Below are positions 48,172 through 58,920 of a stretch of 64,000 nucleotides of DNA, piece by piece (position 1 is the first letter of the stretch; each line of letters opens with the position of its first letter). The translations under genes and the position numbers were made by a program. Under the pieces are notes generated by a model, which worked only from the letters and a program-made list of their open reading frames with translations, ran no database searches and was not told where the DNA came from. The stretch is from an uncultured Candidatus Binatia bacterium (lineage in GTDB: Bacteria > Desulfobacterota > Binatia > Bin18). The DNA lies in contig OZ243961.1 in the NCBI GenBank assembly GCA_965214605.1, positions 1,248,001-1,312,000 of the forward strand, given 5' to 3'.

Positions 48172-48813
48172 ATGGAAGAGCATATTACGTTTCCAGTTGG
48201 GACTATCAGCCTCGAAGGACTCTTCTCATCACCGTCCACCGCCCCGTCTATCGGCGCGGTGATCTGTCACCCACACCCACAGTACGGCGGAGAGATGCGC
48301 AATAATGTTGTCTCTACGTTGACCCTCGCCTTTCAGGAAGCCGGAATCGCCACCCTACGCTTTAATTTTCGCGGGGTGGGACAGAGCGGCGGCAGCCACG
48401 GTGAGGGAGAGGCTGAAATCGAAGACGTCAAGGCGGCCGTCACCGATCTGCTCAAACGTCAACCGGTGTCTACGGTTGTCGTTGCCGGTTATTCATTCGG
48501 CTCGGTCGTCGGGCTGCGGGCGGGAGCTGAGGATGAGCGGGTGCATACGCTTATCGGCGTGGCCTTACCGATCGGCTTTCGTGACCCGTCGTTTCTGCTG
48601 ACAGCCAAGAAGCCAACACTCCTGGTCAGCGGGGATAATGATAATTTCTCCCCTATCTCCGGACTGCAAGAACTGGTCGAAAAAATGTCCGACCCAAAAA
48701 AGCTGGTAGTGCTAGCTGAGGTTGACCATTTTTTCTGGGGACAGGAAAGCGCGGTTGCCCGGGCCGCGGTAGAGTTTTTACGGCAGCAGGAAAAGTCAGG
48801 AGCCCGTGCCTGA
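48172..48813 (+). CDS. Alpha/beta hydrolase (COG2945-like)
   Basis: CHPHPQYGG.M.NNVV, RFNFRGVG.S.G, GYSFG, DHFF. Confidence 0.9.
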   Translation: MEEHITFPVGTISLEGLFSSPSTAPSIGAVICHPHPQYGGEMRNNVVSTLTLAFQEAGIATLRFNFRGVGQSGGSHGEGEAEIEDVKAAVTDLLKRQPVSTVVVAGYSFGSVVGLRAGAEDERVHTLIGVALPIGFRDPSFLLTAKKPTLLVSGDNDNFSPISGLQELVEKMSDPKKLVVLAEVDHFFWGQESAVARAAVEFLRQQEKSGARA

Positions 48814-49983
48814 CCACGACAGACTGAGCCGAGAGTGCGAGGAGAAAAGATCAGGGCTCTTCAACCGCCCGGCGGTAGGGATGACGTCTTCATGAGACAG
48901 GACGAGGCGGAAAGAAGCGGGCGGATGGACCGCTAGCTCAAGCAGGGCACTGACACCACGGAACGGATCCGCCGCTCTCTCGGCCGCCTGGGCCATTGCC
49001 GTCAGTGCACTTGGCAGATCTTTCCCCGCCCGGCCGGTCTGCTGGTAGACCTGCTCAAAAAGCCCCAGCTCTCGCCTATAGACGAGCTGATTGAGCAGTA
49101 TAGCGTTGTTGAGTTTGCCCGAGGCAAGCCCGGCCATGGGGTGAGTCGGTCCGGCTAGCGCCCGATACTCGGCTTGGAGTTCGGCAAACAAGGCTTCCCG
49201 TTGGCTGAGCTTGTCGGACTCGGGAAGAGACGAAGTGTACAGCGCGACCAAACGCTCGGTCGCCTGGGCCAAAAACTCGGACAGCCGCAGCTCCCACCGC
49301 CAACGCGCTTCGGCCTGGCGGGTGAGCGCGGCACGTTGGCCGCGTTCCTGGGCAAAAAAGACAATTGCAGCCCGATGCCCGGCAAAATTGGCCAGGGATT
49401 CGTTAAACGCCGTGTGTCCGGCTAGATAGAACGTACTGTGGAACAATTCGTGAAAAATCACATTGACCAGCGTTGCCGCATCATAGTCCAGCAGATGCGG
49501 CAACAGCGGATCGTCAAACCAGCCCAGGGTACTAAAGGCCGACGCTTTGCGGATAGCGGTATCGTAGCCTTGGGCTTCGAGGCTGCGCGCGTCTGCCAGG
49601 GCCAACCTTTGATTGAAATAGCCCTTGTAGGCCACACGGCCGATAATCGGGAACCACCACGTATACGGCTCAAGACGAGTCCGCGGGGCCGCAGTCAGCA
49701 CATGGACGATCGGCGGGCGGCTGACTTCGGTCAGGCTGGCGTAGCTACCGCCAACGTTGAAACCTAATTCACGTTCGGCAAAGGCACGGACACGCAAGAC
49801 GAGTTGCAGCTTGTGACGCGTGGCAGGAGCAAGATCGGACCGTCGTAAGATGTCGCTGATAGGACGGCGATGCCAGAGAATTTTAGCCTCTTCATAGCCG
49901 ACCCTGAGGACATAGACCGGCGAGCAGGCAGACAGCAGCGTCAGGCATACGAGCCAGCCCCACTCCGGGCCCATACGCTTCAT
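48796..49983 (-). CDS. Putative zinc aminopeptidase lipoprotein (DUF2265-like)
   Basis: LSAC lipobox, WWFPIIG...YKGYF, AFSTLGWFDDP, IFHELFH, FNESLA. Confidence 0.85.
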   Translation of the reverse strand: MKRMGPEWGWLVCLTLLSACSPVYVLRVGYEEAKILWHRRPISDILRRSDLAPATRHKLQLVLRVRAFAERELGFNVGGSYASLTEVSRPPIVHVLTAAPRTRLEPYTWWFPIIGRVAYKGYFNQRLALADARSLEAQGYDTAIRKASAFSTLGWFDDPLLPHLLDYDAATLVNVIFHELFHSTFYLAGHTAFNESLANFAGHRAAIVFFAQERGQRAALTRQAEARWRWELRLSEFLAQATERLVALYTSSLPESDKLSQREALFAELQAEYRALAGPTHPMAGLASGKLNNAILLNQLVYRRELGLFEQVYQQTGRAGKDLPSALTAMAQAAERAADPFRGVSALLELAVHPPASFRLVLSHEDVIPTAGRLKSPDLFSSHSRLSLSWSGTGS

Positions 49984-51818
49984 TCTGTCTCCCTACCAGA
50001 CAGCCCGTCGCTCTCAGCCGAACGCACCGGCTGAGGAAACCGCCCGTCGGGCTCTTTGCCTGTGTACTGCAGCTGGTACAGACGCCAATAGATCCCACGG
50101 ATCTGAATCAGTTCCTGATGGCTGCCCATCTCGCGCAACTGGCCCTTGTGCATGACTAGGATACGGTCAACGTTTTGAATGGTAGAAAAGCGATGGGCAA
50201 CCACCAGGGTGGTCCGGCCTTCCATCAGCCTGGTCAGAGCGTCTTTAATGAGGAGCTCGGTCTCTGGATCAACACTCGACGTCGCTTCGTCCATGACCAA
50301 GATAGCCGGATCGTAGGCTAGGGCTCGGGCAAAGGACAACAGCTGGCGCTGGCCAGCGGACAGATTGGAGCCGCGTTCGTACAATTGTTCGGCATAGCCC
50401 TTGGGCAGTTGGCGGATAAAGCTGTCGGCATGCACCGCTTGCGCAGCCCGCTCTAGGGCTGCCGGCGAAATATCGGCCCGTCCCAGGCTGATGTTGGTAG
50501 CGATATCTCCAACAAAGAGAAACACATCCTGGAGAACCGTGCCGATGTGCCGCCGCAAGACCTTAAGATCCCACTCCCGGACATCGACTCCATCGATCAA
50601 AATCCGTCCCCGTTGGACGTCGTAAAAGCGACTGAGCAGCTTGCTCATCGTTGTTTTACCCGCACCGGTCGCGCCGACAAGGGCGATTCTTTCACCGGGT
50701 TCGAGCGTAAAAGAGATATCCCGCAGGACCCAGTCTTCATTGTTATAGGCAAACCAGACGTGGTCAAACACAATCTGGCCCCGGACCCGCTGAGGTCGGT
50801 GGGGAGTGTCAGGAGAGGTGATTGTCACCGATGTATCTAAGAGTTGGAACACCCGCTCAATAGCGCTCAGGGCAGACTGTAGGGTCGTATACTTGCTACT
50901 GAACTCCCGCATCGGCACAAAGAGTTTTTGTATATAGTCGACAAAGGCAACCAGAGTGCCCAGGGCGACAACCCCACTGCCGACCTGCCCCGCGCCGTAC
51001 CACAACATCAGCGCAATCGAGATTGAGCTGGCCGCCTCTACCACCGAGAAGAGGGTGGCATCGTAGATGTTTGAGAGATGGTTGGCGTCGCGGTGGTCAC
51101 GGTTGCGCTGCTCAAATTCGACAAACAGCTTTTTTTCCTGGGCAAAGAGGTGGGCCACCATAATACCGGAAATCGTTTCTTGTAAAAAAGAGTTAATCCG
51201 AGCCAGCCGTTCCCGAATCGTCCGATAGTTCTGCCGGGTCCGGATCCGAAAGAAATTCAGGACCAACAGCAGCGGCGGCACTAAAAGCAACGCTATCACA
51301 GCCAGCTGCAGATCAAGCATCAGCATAATGGTGACGATCCCGACCATGGTCAGCACATCCATAAAGATGGTCAGCGTGCCAGCAGAGAAGGCTTCGTTGA
51401 TGGCGTCCACATCGGTCGTCAGGCGGGTGACGAGGCGGCCGACCGGGGTGCGTTCAAAAAAGCGAGCGGGCAGCTCCTGCAGATGGGCGAATAGGTCGCG
51501 GCGAAGATCGGCCAGACTGCTTTGAGCCATGAGCATGGTGGCGTGAAACTGGATATAGAAGAAAATGAACTCACCGACCAGGGCGCCGGCAAACAACAGC
51601 CCGGCCAGAGCCAAGCCTTCGGAGTTGCCCTGAGTCATATATTGATCGACGGCGAGTTTCAGGAGGTAGGGTTGGGCTAACACAAAGGCGGAGGTCAGTG
51701 GTAAGCAAACTAAGGCCAGGATAAACCGCGCCCGGTAGGGACGGACGTAGTACCACAAACGCCGGAGCAGGGTCAGGTCGTATGTTCTGCCCAGTTCTTC
51801 TTCGCGCTGCACATCCAT
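49980..51818 (-). CDS. ABC transporter fused permease/ATPase (MdlB-like)
   Basis: TM domain, GATGAGKT, LSAGQRQ, DEATS. Confidence 0.93.
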   Translation of the reverse strand: MDVQREEELGRTYDLTLLRRLWYYVRPYRARFILALVCLPLTSAFVLAQPYLLKLAVDQYMTQGNSEGLALAGLLFAGALVGEFIFFYIQFHATMLMAQSSLADLRRDLFAHLQELPARFFERTPVGRLVTRLTTDVDAINEAFSAGTLTIFMDVLTMVGIVTIMLMLDLQLAVIALLLVPPLLLVLNFFRIRTRQNYRTIRERLARINSFLQETISGIMVAHLFAQEKKLFVEFEQRNRDHRDANHLSNIYDATLFSVVEAASSISIALMLWYGAGQVGSGVVALGTLVAFVDYIQKLFVPMREFSSKYTTLQSALSAIERVFQLLDTSVTITSPDTPHRPQRVRGQIVFDHVWFAYNNEDWVLRDISFTLEPGERIALVGATGAGKTTMSKLLSRFYDVQRGRILIDGVDVREWDLKVLRRHIGTVLQDVFLFVGDIATNISLGRADISPAALERAAQAVHADSFIRQLPKGYAEQLYERGSNLSAGQRQLLSFARALAYDPAILVMDEATSSVDPETELLIKDALTRLMEGRTTLVVAHRFSTIQNVDRILVMHKGQLREMGSHQELIQIRGIYWRLYQLQYTGKEPDGRFPQPVRSAESDGLSGRETE

Positions 51819-53557
51819 CAGAGTTCTGCCAGTTCCTGTTCGAGTGTCTGCTGCTGAAAGAGTTCGGCGTAGAGGCCGCCTCGGGCAACTAAGTCTTTGT
51901 GCGAGCCCGTCTCAACAATACGTCCGTCGTCGAGCACAACAATTAGGTCGGCATGACGGACCGCAGAGATACGGTGCGAAATCATAATGACCGTCTTGTC
52001 CCGCGTTGAGTCACGCAACGCGCGCAGGATGGCCCCTTCAGTCCGGGTATCAACACTCGACAGCGCATCGTCGAGGACTAGGATCGGAGGATCAGCCATC
52101 AGGGCCCGGGCTAGGGTCGCGCGTTGTTTTTGGCCGCCGGACAACGTGATCCCGCGCTCCCCAACAATCGTATCATAGCCCTTGGGTAGGGCTTCAATCT
52201 CGTGACCGATGCTCGCCACCTCGGCCGCCCACTCGACCTGATCAAGGTCAACCGTTGGCAGGCCAAAGGCGATATTGTCTTTAATGCGAGTCGAAAACAG
52301 AAACGGATCTTGGGGAACAAAGCCGATACAGCGACGCAAAGCCGCCAGAGAAAACGTCCGAATATCTCTGCCGTCAATACGAATCGACCCGTTGCTGACG
52401 TCGAACAGACGCGGCAGCAGATGTACCAGGGTACTTTTTCCCGAACCCATCCGACCGACCAGAGCGACTGTGGACCCGGCCGATACGGTGAAGGTGATAT
52501 CGTGCAGCACTTGACGGCCGTTGTCAGGAGTGTGATAGGCAAAGTCAACATGATGAAAGTCAATGTCCCCTCTGAGCGCCTGACTCACTCTCTCATCAGA
52601 GCCGTCAACAATCGCGGGCTGCACGCAAAAGATACCATCGAGGCGCTGCAGAGCGGCCCTTCCCCGCTGCAAAATAGACACCAACCAGCCCAAGGCCATG
52701 GTCGGCCAGGCCAACAGGTGTAAATAGCCCATGAAAGCGACTAAATCGCCCAGGCTCAATCGGCCAGCGATGACTTGGGCCCCGCCGTACCACAGGATGA
52801 CCAACAGGCCGAGTCCGGACACGCTTTTCATCAGCGGCGGAAACAGTCCTCGTACCCGAGCCAGGGCGATACTGTCCGCCTTAAAGCGGGCGTTCAATTT
52901 GGCAAACTCCTCGTTCTGCCAGTCCTCACGGACATAGGCGCGCACAACGTGAATACCGCTGGCACCTTCCTGGACCCGGGTCGAGAGATCAGCCAAGCCT
53001 TCTTGGACACGCAGGGTCCGGACCATGATCTGACGGCTCATCACCCGAACAAAGATGATCATCAGTGGGTAAGGAGCCAGGGCCGCCAAGGTCAGGCCAG
53101 GGTCCATGGCAACCATAGCCGAGATGCCGTACACGTAGTACACGGGGGTGTTCAGCACATTCAGAATCCCCAGCCCCAGCAGCAGACGGACCGCATTCAC
53201 GTCGTTCACAAAACGTGACATCAGATCACCGGTAAAGTTGCGCTGGTAGTAACGTAAAGACAGCTTCTGTACGTGCGCGAACAGATCGTTACGCAGCTCA
53301 TACTCAATGTCGCGGCCGACATTAAAGATCAGGAAACGAGAAAAGGCGCGGACTACGCTCAGAATCAGAGCCACGCTGATAACAGCGGCAACCGACAGGC
53401 TAATGTCAAAAAAGGGGAGCCCCTGCTCAATGCCTTCAACCGTGCGTTTGAGCAAGAGCGGAATGGACATCGCCAAGCTAGCGGTGACCAATAGGCAGAG
53501 GATACCGCGCAGATACCGGTAGCGGTAACGAAAAATATAAGTCCAAAGACGATGCAT
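51818..53557 (-). CDS. ABC transporter fused permease/ATPase (MdlA-like)
   Basis: TM domain, GRMGSGKS, LSGGQKQR, degenerate Walker B LDDALS; heterodimer pair with the neighbouring gene. Confidence 0.93.
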   Translation of the reverse strand: MHRLWTYIFRYRYRYLRGILCLLVTASLAMSIPLLLKRTVEGIEQGLPFFDISLSVAAVISVALILSVVRAFSRFLIFNVGRDIEYELRNDLFAHVQKLSLRYYQRNFTGDLMSRFVNDVNAVRLLLGLGILNVLNTPVYYVYGISAMVAMDPGLTLAALAPYPLMIIFVRVMSRQIMVRTLRVQEGLADLSTRVQEGASGIHVVRAYVREDWQNEEFAKLNARFKADSIALARVRGLFPPLMKSVSGLGLLVILWYGGAQVIAGRLSLGDLVAFMGYLHLLAWPTMALGWLVSILQRGRAALQRLDGIFCVQPAIVDGSDERVSQALRGDIDFHHVDFAYHTPDNGRQVLHDITFTVSAGSTVALVGRMGSGKSTLVHLLPRLFDVSNGSIRIDGRDIRTFSLAALRRCIGFVPQDPFLFSTRIKDNIAFGLPTVDLDQVEWAAEVASIGHEIEALPKGYDTIVGERGITLSGGQKQRATLARALMADPPILVLDDALSSVDTRTEGAILRALRDSTRDKTVIMISHRISAVRHADLIVVLDDGRIVETGSHKDLVARGGLYAELFQQQTLEQELAEL

Positions 53558-53637
53558 GGCAGACTTGCCTCACCATAGCGACGTGCACTAGGAGCGGCAA
53601 GAGGACAAAGACGGGGGGTCGTGGCCGGCGACTTTCT

Positions 53638-54918
53638 TCAATCCTCTGTCCACTGCTCTAGGCGCATCAGCACGCCAACGAGTGCCCACAGCACGATACT
53701 CACCTCAGCATCGCCAAAGTTGTGCTGGGTCAGCCCGCCGATGAGAAAGCCGACGATACTGAGCAGAATGCCTAGGGCGCAGCTCTTGAGCGGCTCGGAC
53801 GACAGTCCGGTATAGAGCCGCCAGCCTTTGCCCAGGATGACCGCAATCAGGGCCGCAAAAGCGACGAGTCCCAGCCATCCACCATCCACCCACAGTTGCA
53901 GAAAGGTATTGTGGGCGTGGGCGTCGGAATTCCCGGCCCGCCCGGCTGGGGCGACCTCTGGATACTGGGCGTAGTAGGGGCCGCGGAACTGTTTATAGTT
54001 GCCGTAACCCCAGCCGAACAGCGGGCGGTCCCGGATCATGACGAGATTGGCCTGCCAGATGCGGCTGCGGGCAAGGTTTACCGGCGCGTTCAGGTCAAAA
54101 ATCTCACCGGCCCGCTCCCGTACCCCGTCTCCAGCACTGAGCAGCAACACCGCGCAGAGACCGAGCACCCCAAACGCCCCAGCAAGCGCCCGCCTGCCCC
54201 TCACCAGACCGGCCAGCACGAGCACGCTGGCATAGGCGATCCAGACGCCTCGGGTCAGGGAGAACAGCAGAGCCAGGACCATCAGTCCCCAGCCCACCCC
54301 CAGCGCGGCTCTTTTGCGCCAGTTGAGGGCTGGAGCCAAGAGAAAAGCCGTGACCAGAGACAGGGGAAACAGCAGATTGTGGGCGTAGGTGATGCTAGAC
54401 GAAAAAAGCCCTGCGGTCCGAAAGCCCTTTTGACTACCCAGCCAGAAGGTGGCCAGGTTTGACTCCTTGCCGACTAACTGGCGTGCCAGATCAAGGCCGG
54501 TGTAGTGCTGAACGATCGCGTAGGCGGCTAGCACGGCCGCGGTTGTTATGACCAATCTGATGAGCTGGACGGCGCATCGGCCGCTATCAATCAAGACATA
54601 GGCGACAAAAAAGGCTCCCACCAGCCACAGTTTTCGATAGACAGATAAAGAGTGGAGCGGGTCTGGGCCCAGCAGACTCGACAGCAGCAGGGCACCTAGA
54701 AACAGCACTAGGACCGGATCGAGAGGCGTGCGCGGGACGGTATGTGTCCGCCAGCAGTAGTAGGCTCCCACGCCCAGCATGATGCCGAGCAGGGTCTGCT
54801 GAATGGCGATTGCGGTGCACAGACTGATGAAAAAGAGCGCCAGGCCGATACGGACACTGCAATCAACCCATGTCCATCCCACGGTTTCTTCCAGCTCTTT
54901 GCCATTTGTGGGGTGCAT
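53638..54918 (-). CDS. O-antigen ligase (Wzy_C/WaaL) family protein
   Basis: Multiple TMs, SLTRG.W, R..IW......RPLFGWG, HAHNTFLQ. Confidence 0.88.
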   Translation of the reverse strand: MHPTNGKELEETVGWTWVDCSVRIGLALFFISLCTAIAIQQTLLGIMLGVGAYYCWRTHTVPRTPLDPVLVLFLGALLLSSLLGPDPLHSLSVYRKLWLVGAFFVAYVLIDSGRCAVQLIRLVITTAAVLAAYAIVQHYTGLDLARQLVGKESNLATFWLGSQKGFRTAGLFSSSITYAHNLLFPLSLVTAFLLAPALNWRKRAALGVGWGLMVLALLFSLTRGVWIAYASVLVLAGLVRGRRALAGAFGVLGLCAVLLLSAGDGVRERAGEIFDLNAPVNLARSRIWQANLVMIRDRPLFGWGYGNYKQFRGPYYAQYPEVAPAGRAGNSDAHAHNTFLQLWVDGGWLGLVAFAALIAVILGKGWRLYTGLSSEPLKSCALGILLSIVGFLIGGLTQHNFGDAEVSIVLWALVGVLMRLEQWTED

Positions 54919-54921
54919 GCT

Positions 54922-56418
54922 TCAGGCGCTGCCCTGTCGGGTCAGCACGACCTTAATCGTATCGGCCAGAATACGGATATCGAGCCACACTGAATAGTTG
55001 TACATATAAGCCAGGTCGTATTTCAGCTTGTATTCCGGGGTAGTGTGGTATGCGCCGTTGATCTGGGCCAATCCGGTCAGACCGGGTTTGACCTGGAATC
55101 GCTCGGCATAGCCCGGTACACTGCGCAGGAAGTCCTTGACAAACTCGGGCCGCTCGGGCCGGGGGCCAACCAGGCTCATTGTGCCGTTTAGGACGTTCCA
55201 GAGCTGCGGGAGCTCATCGAGGCGACTATCCCTCAGAAAACGGCCGACCCGCGTCACGCGCGGGTCGGCCCGGCTGGTCAGCACCGGCCCGGTCTTGTCT
55301 TCAGCCCGATCGATCATGGTCCGTAATTTATACAGGATAAACTCCTTGCCGTCTTTGCCGACTCGCCGCTGGCGGTACACGATCGGTCCCGGAGAGGTAG
55401 TGACCAGAACGGCCGCGGCCAGGCCTAGGAGGGGGAGACTCAGCGCCAACAGGGTTGCCGCAAAAATACCGTCAAGCACGCCTTTCACGACAAAGGCCGG
55501 ATCGTCGTGTGGATTTTTCAGCGCGTCGACCAGGGGCACGTCATGGAGCCGGACCGAGGCCACCCGTCCGACCAGGATATCATACATCGAGGGGACAACC
55601 AGCACTCTGGGGCGTCTGCCAGCGTTATGCGGGGACGAATCGACCTGCTCACCGGGCTGCGTCGACAGGTCAAGCAGGCGTTCAACAAAGGCGTCTTTCC
55701 AGGTTGTGGAGGCCAGCAGGATAATGTCGTCAACGCGCACGTCATGGACAATCCGCTCCAACTCTGTGGCGTCTCCCAGCCAAGGAACCTCCAGATCTTC
55801 CCAGGCACTGTTCCAGGCTGGCTGGCCATTCAGACCGGAGAGGCTGACCAGGCCCACAATCTCAGGTCGGGGTCGCACCGCCGGCAGAACATTGAGAAAA
55901 GCTCGCGCCTCCTTTGGCGTACCAACCAGTAAAATCCGCAACGGGCGGAGCCGTCCTACCCGGCGCAGGATGCCAAGGCGCAGGGCGCCGATCATCGCCG
56001 AGTTGAAAAACCAGAAGAGCACCAGCACTGAACGGGGAAAAAAGAGATCGCCCCGAAAAAAATACCATGCCGTGGTCAGCAGCAATTGCAACCCACCGGC
56101 GGCTATGGCCCGGGGGAGGACCCGAGCTCGCAGCTGGAAGGTCTGCAGATCGTAGAGACCCAGAAAGTATAAAACAAATCCTTGAGTGACGAGAAGAAAG
56201 AGGAGAGGATGGTGCACTTCGATCAGGCGCTCAGCCGGCAGCAGCTCAGCGGTGAAGGGCAACGGCAGCACAAACCGGAAGGCAAACGCCATTCCGTACG
56301 CCCCGCCGACACACACCAGGTCAGCGGCCAACAGTCCCAACAGTCCCAACAGTCCCAACAGCGGCGTTGGGGACCGGAGCGTGCGGCTCCTCACCCATGC
56401 CTCCGGACCCGGCTGCAT
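54922..56418 (-). CDS. Undecaprenyl-phosphate sugar phosphotransferase (WcaJ/WbaP family)
   Basis: YKLRTM, DPRVTRVG.FLR..LDELPQLWNVL.G.MSLVGPRPE, VKPGLTGLAQ. Confidence 0.92.
   Translation of the reverse strand: MQPGPEAWVRSRTLRSPTPLLGLLGLLGLLAADLVCVGGAYGMAFAFRFVLPLPFTAELLPAERLIEVHHPLLFLLVTQGFVLYFLGLYDLQTFQLRARVLPRAIAAGGLQLLLTTAWYFFRGDLFFPRSVLVLFWFFNSAMIGALRLGILRRVGRLRPLRILLVGTPKEARAFLNVLPAVRPRPEIVGLVSLSGLNGQPAWNSAWEDLEVPWLGDATELERIVHDVRVDDIILLASTTWKDAFVERLLDLSTQPGEQVDSSPHNAGRRPRVLVVPSMYDILVGRVASVRLHDVPLVDALKNPHDDPAFVVKGVLDGIFAATLLALSLPLLGLAAAVLVTTSPGPIVYRQRRVGKDGKEFILYKLRTMIDRAEDKTGPVLTSRADPRVTRVGRFLRDSRLDELPQLWNVLNGTMSLVGPRPERPEFVKDFLRSVPGYAERFQVKPGLTGLAQINGAYHTTPEYKLKYDLAYMYNYSVWLDIRILADTIKVVLTRQGSA
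56328..56361. repeat. In-frame 9-bp tandem repeat (about 3.8 copies) encoding LLG repeats
   Basis: (CCAACAGTC)x3 plus CCAACAG. Confidence 0.85.
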
Positions 56419-57278
56419 GATTGGGCAAGCCGCGCGTAGAGCTTTTTGCGAGACAGCAGGTAGCCGTGCTTCCAGAAAAAATAGCCGACGCCCCACATGT
56501 GTTTCCACATCAGGCTAGACCAGAGCGAGCGGGTCTGGCGCCGCTCCTTGTGCACAACGACTGCCTCAGGGTTATACACCACCCGCCAGCCAAGCTGTTG
56601 CAGCCGCAGACACAGATCAACGTCCTCCGGGCCATAGAAAATATGTTCGTCAAGCATCCCTACGGTGCGGAGGGCACTGCAACGGATAACCTGACAGGCA
56701 CCGATCACGTAGTCCACATCACGGATCGTATTGTGATCCCAGTCGGCCATTTCAGACGCGCGGACGATTTTTTGCGCCGCCGCTGAGGGTAAACGCCGGG
56801 CCAGTTTATCGGACAAGGTCGGGAACAGCCGACAGGAGAGCTGCAGTCCACCGTCGGCAGTGGTCAGTTTAGGTCCACACAGCCCAACCTCAGGCTGTGT
56901 TTCCATATAGCGGATGAGGGAGTCCAAAGCCCCTGGCTGAACAATCGTGTCGTCGTCCAGAATAATGACATAGTGCCCGTGCGCCAAGCGGAGGCCTTGA
57001 TTGCGAGCCGGGGCAACACCGCGGTTTCTCGCGTTACGCACCAGCCGCGCGGTGGGTAGGGTCTTTTGGATAAGGGCACAGGTCTGATCCTGTGAGCCGT
57101 TATCGACCACAATGACCTCACCAGGAAAGGTGCGCAGCCCTTGGGTTAGAGAGGCCAAGCAGGTTGCAATATGCTGCTCGGAATTCCAGGTCAGGATCAC
57201 AACCGAAACGGTGACCTCTGTCGGCTGCGTGTGGACCGCCGCGGGCTTGGAATGAGTTTTAGGATTCAGGCAGCTCAT
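56391..57278 (-). CDS. Glycosyltransferase family 2 (WbbL-like)
   Basis: VVDNGSQD, N.G.A.ARNQG, ILDDD, EDVDLCLR. Confidence 0.9.
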   Translation of the reverse strand: MSCLNPKTHSKPAAVHTQPTEVTVSVVILTWNSEQHIATCLASLTQGLRTFPGEVIVVDNGSQDQTCALIQKTLPTARLVRNARNRGVAPARNQGLRLAHGHYVIILDDDTIVQPGALDSLIRYMETQPEVGLCGPKLTTADGGLQLSCRLFPTLSDKLARRLPSAAAQKIVRASEMADWDHNTIRDVDYVIGACQVIRCSALRTVGMLDEHIFYGPEDVDLCLRLQQLGWRVVYNPEAVVVHKERRQTRSLWSSLMWKHMWGVGYFFWKHGYLLSRKKLYARLAQSCSRVRRHG

Positions 57279-57329
57279 GGTGTTTTCCGTGGGGAGCAGC
57301 CGACGCCTGATGGGTGCATCTTTCCAGAC

Positions 57330-58706
57330 CTATCGCAGTAAGACCCGCTCAACACTCTCCTTGACCGGCAGGAGCCGTTGTATCTTCTTGTCCAACACCG
57401 CCCGTGTTGTTGGAGACACCAGTCTTCTTAGCAGCGCCTGCAAGCGCAAATAGCGTACTGTCCGCGCCACTCGGAGCTGGCCGAGGCGCGCATCGGGCAC
57501 GGGACGGGGCTGATGTGTATGCAATTCCCTCGCCTCCCGGAGCAAGGTCACCATACGCTCACCCATTTGATCAAGGTGAAAATGCTGCCTGATCCGTTGG
57601 ATTGCGGCTTGGCCGAGGGCCGCCCGGCGTTGGGGGTCACCGAGGAGACGAGCTAGGATATTCGCGTATTGACGCGCTCCAGTCTCTGTATCTGTTCCAT
57701 GACGGGCGGGGTTCGGCGACACCAGCACCCCGCACTCCGGAGTGAGGAGTTCCCGCTGGCCACCCACATCCGCCCCAACAACCGGCAGTCCACACGCCAT
57801 GGCCTCAAAGATCGACACGGCAATCCCCTCCCACCGAGAGGGCAAAAAAAAGATATCGGCCGCCACCATCAGGTCCCGAATCCGTGTATTTGAAACCGCC
57901 CCCAGCAAACGCACTTGGTCCACTAAGTCGGAGGAGCTGACACGGCGCTGCAGCCGAGTAAATTCAGGCCCATCGCCCGCTACCACTGCCACAAAGCGCT
58001 CGGTGCCGGCCTTCAGGTGCCGGAGGGTCTCCAGAAACAGGTGCGGCTGTTTCTGGGCGCAGATACGTCCTGCATACAAGATGATCGGGAGCCGGAGGGC
58101 GTCTCCTTGACTCCGTTCAGCACCGGCCAGCAGCTCACGACGAACCCGCTTCCGCCGCTCAAGGTCGGGCTGCCATTCGACCGGATCAATATTGGTGTAA
58201 CATACCCGGATGCGCCCAGGGTCGGCTCCACGGTCAACCATCCATCTCCGCAGATAGTCAGAAGAGACAAGTTGCAAGTCGAGCAAGTCTTGGTGTTCAA
58301 TCGACATCCGGGGGTATCCACCCCGTTTCCAAGCCTGCTCTTCCATGTGGCAAAAACCGACAAACGTCACGTCCGGACACTCGGCACGCAGGTACGGCAG
58401 GAGCAGATAGCCAAGTTCGCTATTGGCAATCAGCACAACATCGACTCGCCGCGTCTGAATCAACTCCCGGAGAAAAGCCGGATAGTCCGCCATCCGTCGC
58501 TGGCGGTCGAACAGAAAAATGTCTTGGCTATAGCGGGCAAACCGGGCAAACCAAGGGTGGGCGGAGGGCAAAGTCGTTGCTATTAAAACCTGCCATCCCC
58601 ACTGGCGTAACTGCCGGAGCAGGTCCAGATTAAACTTGTCCGCCCCACCCATTTCCAACCAAGGCACGAGCAATAAGAGGCGGGGGGGAACAGTGTCATC
58701 TGTCAT
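57330..58706 (-). CDS. Glycosyltransferase family 4
   Basis: PWLEMGGADKFN, GRICAQKQP, PSRWEGI...FEAMACG. Confidence 0.9.
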   Translation of the reverse strand: MTDDTVPPRLLLLVPWLEMGGADKFNLDLLRQLRQWGWQVLIATTLPSAHPWFARFARYSQDIFLFDRQRRMADYPAFLRELIQTRRVDVVLIANSELGYLLLPYLRAECPDVTFVGFCHMEEQAWKRGGYPRMSIEHQDLLDLQLVSSDYLRRWMVDRGADPGRIRVCYTNIDPVEWQPDLERRKRVRRELLAGAERSQGDALRLPIILYAGRICAQKQPHLFLETLRHLKAGTERFVAVVAGDGPEFTRLQRRVSSSDLVDQVRLLGAVSNTRIRDLMVAADIFFLPSRWEGIAVSIFEAMACGLPVVGADVGGQRELLTPECGVLVSPNPARHGTDTETGARQYANILARLLGDPQRRAALGQAAIQRIRQHFHLDQMGERMVTLLREARELHTHQPRPVPDARLGQLRVARTVRYLRLQALLRRLVSPTTRAVLDKKIQRLLPVKESVERVLLR

Positions 58707-58920
58707 TGGCTGTAGGTACCGAGCAGGGTGAAAGGTATTCCATCCATGTTATGCCACACCCGGCTACAGCGTGATAGCCCCGCATCACCCCTCTTCTCCC
58801 TCGGCTCCCGACCATCTTTCCTTTCCTGTTGGCTTTTGATACATGCTTGGGGCTGATGAAAGATTTTGTAAAGATCAGTGACGGAGACAGCTCCAACTGA
58901 GTCGCGATCGGAAGAGGGCT

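Noticed and set aside
55136-56155. 339-aa plus-strand ORF
   Set aside because: Antisense shadow of the sugar transferase gene.
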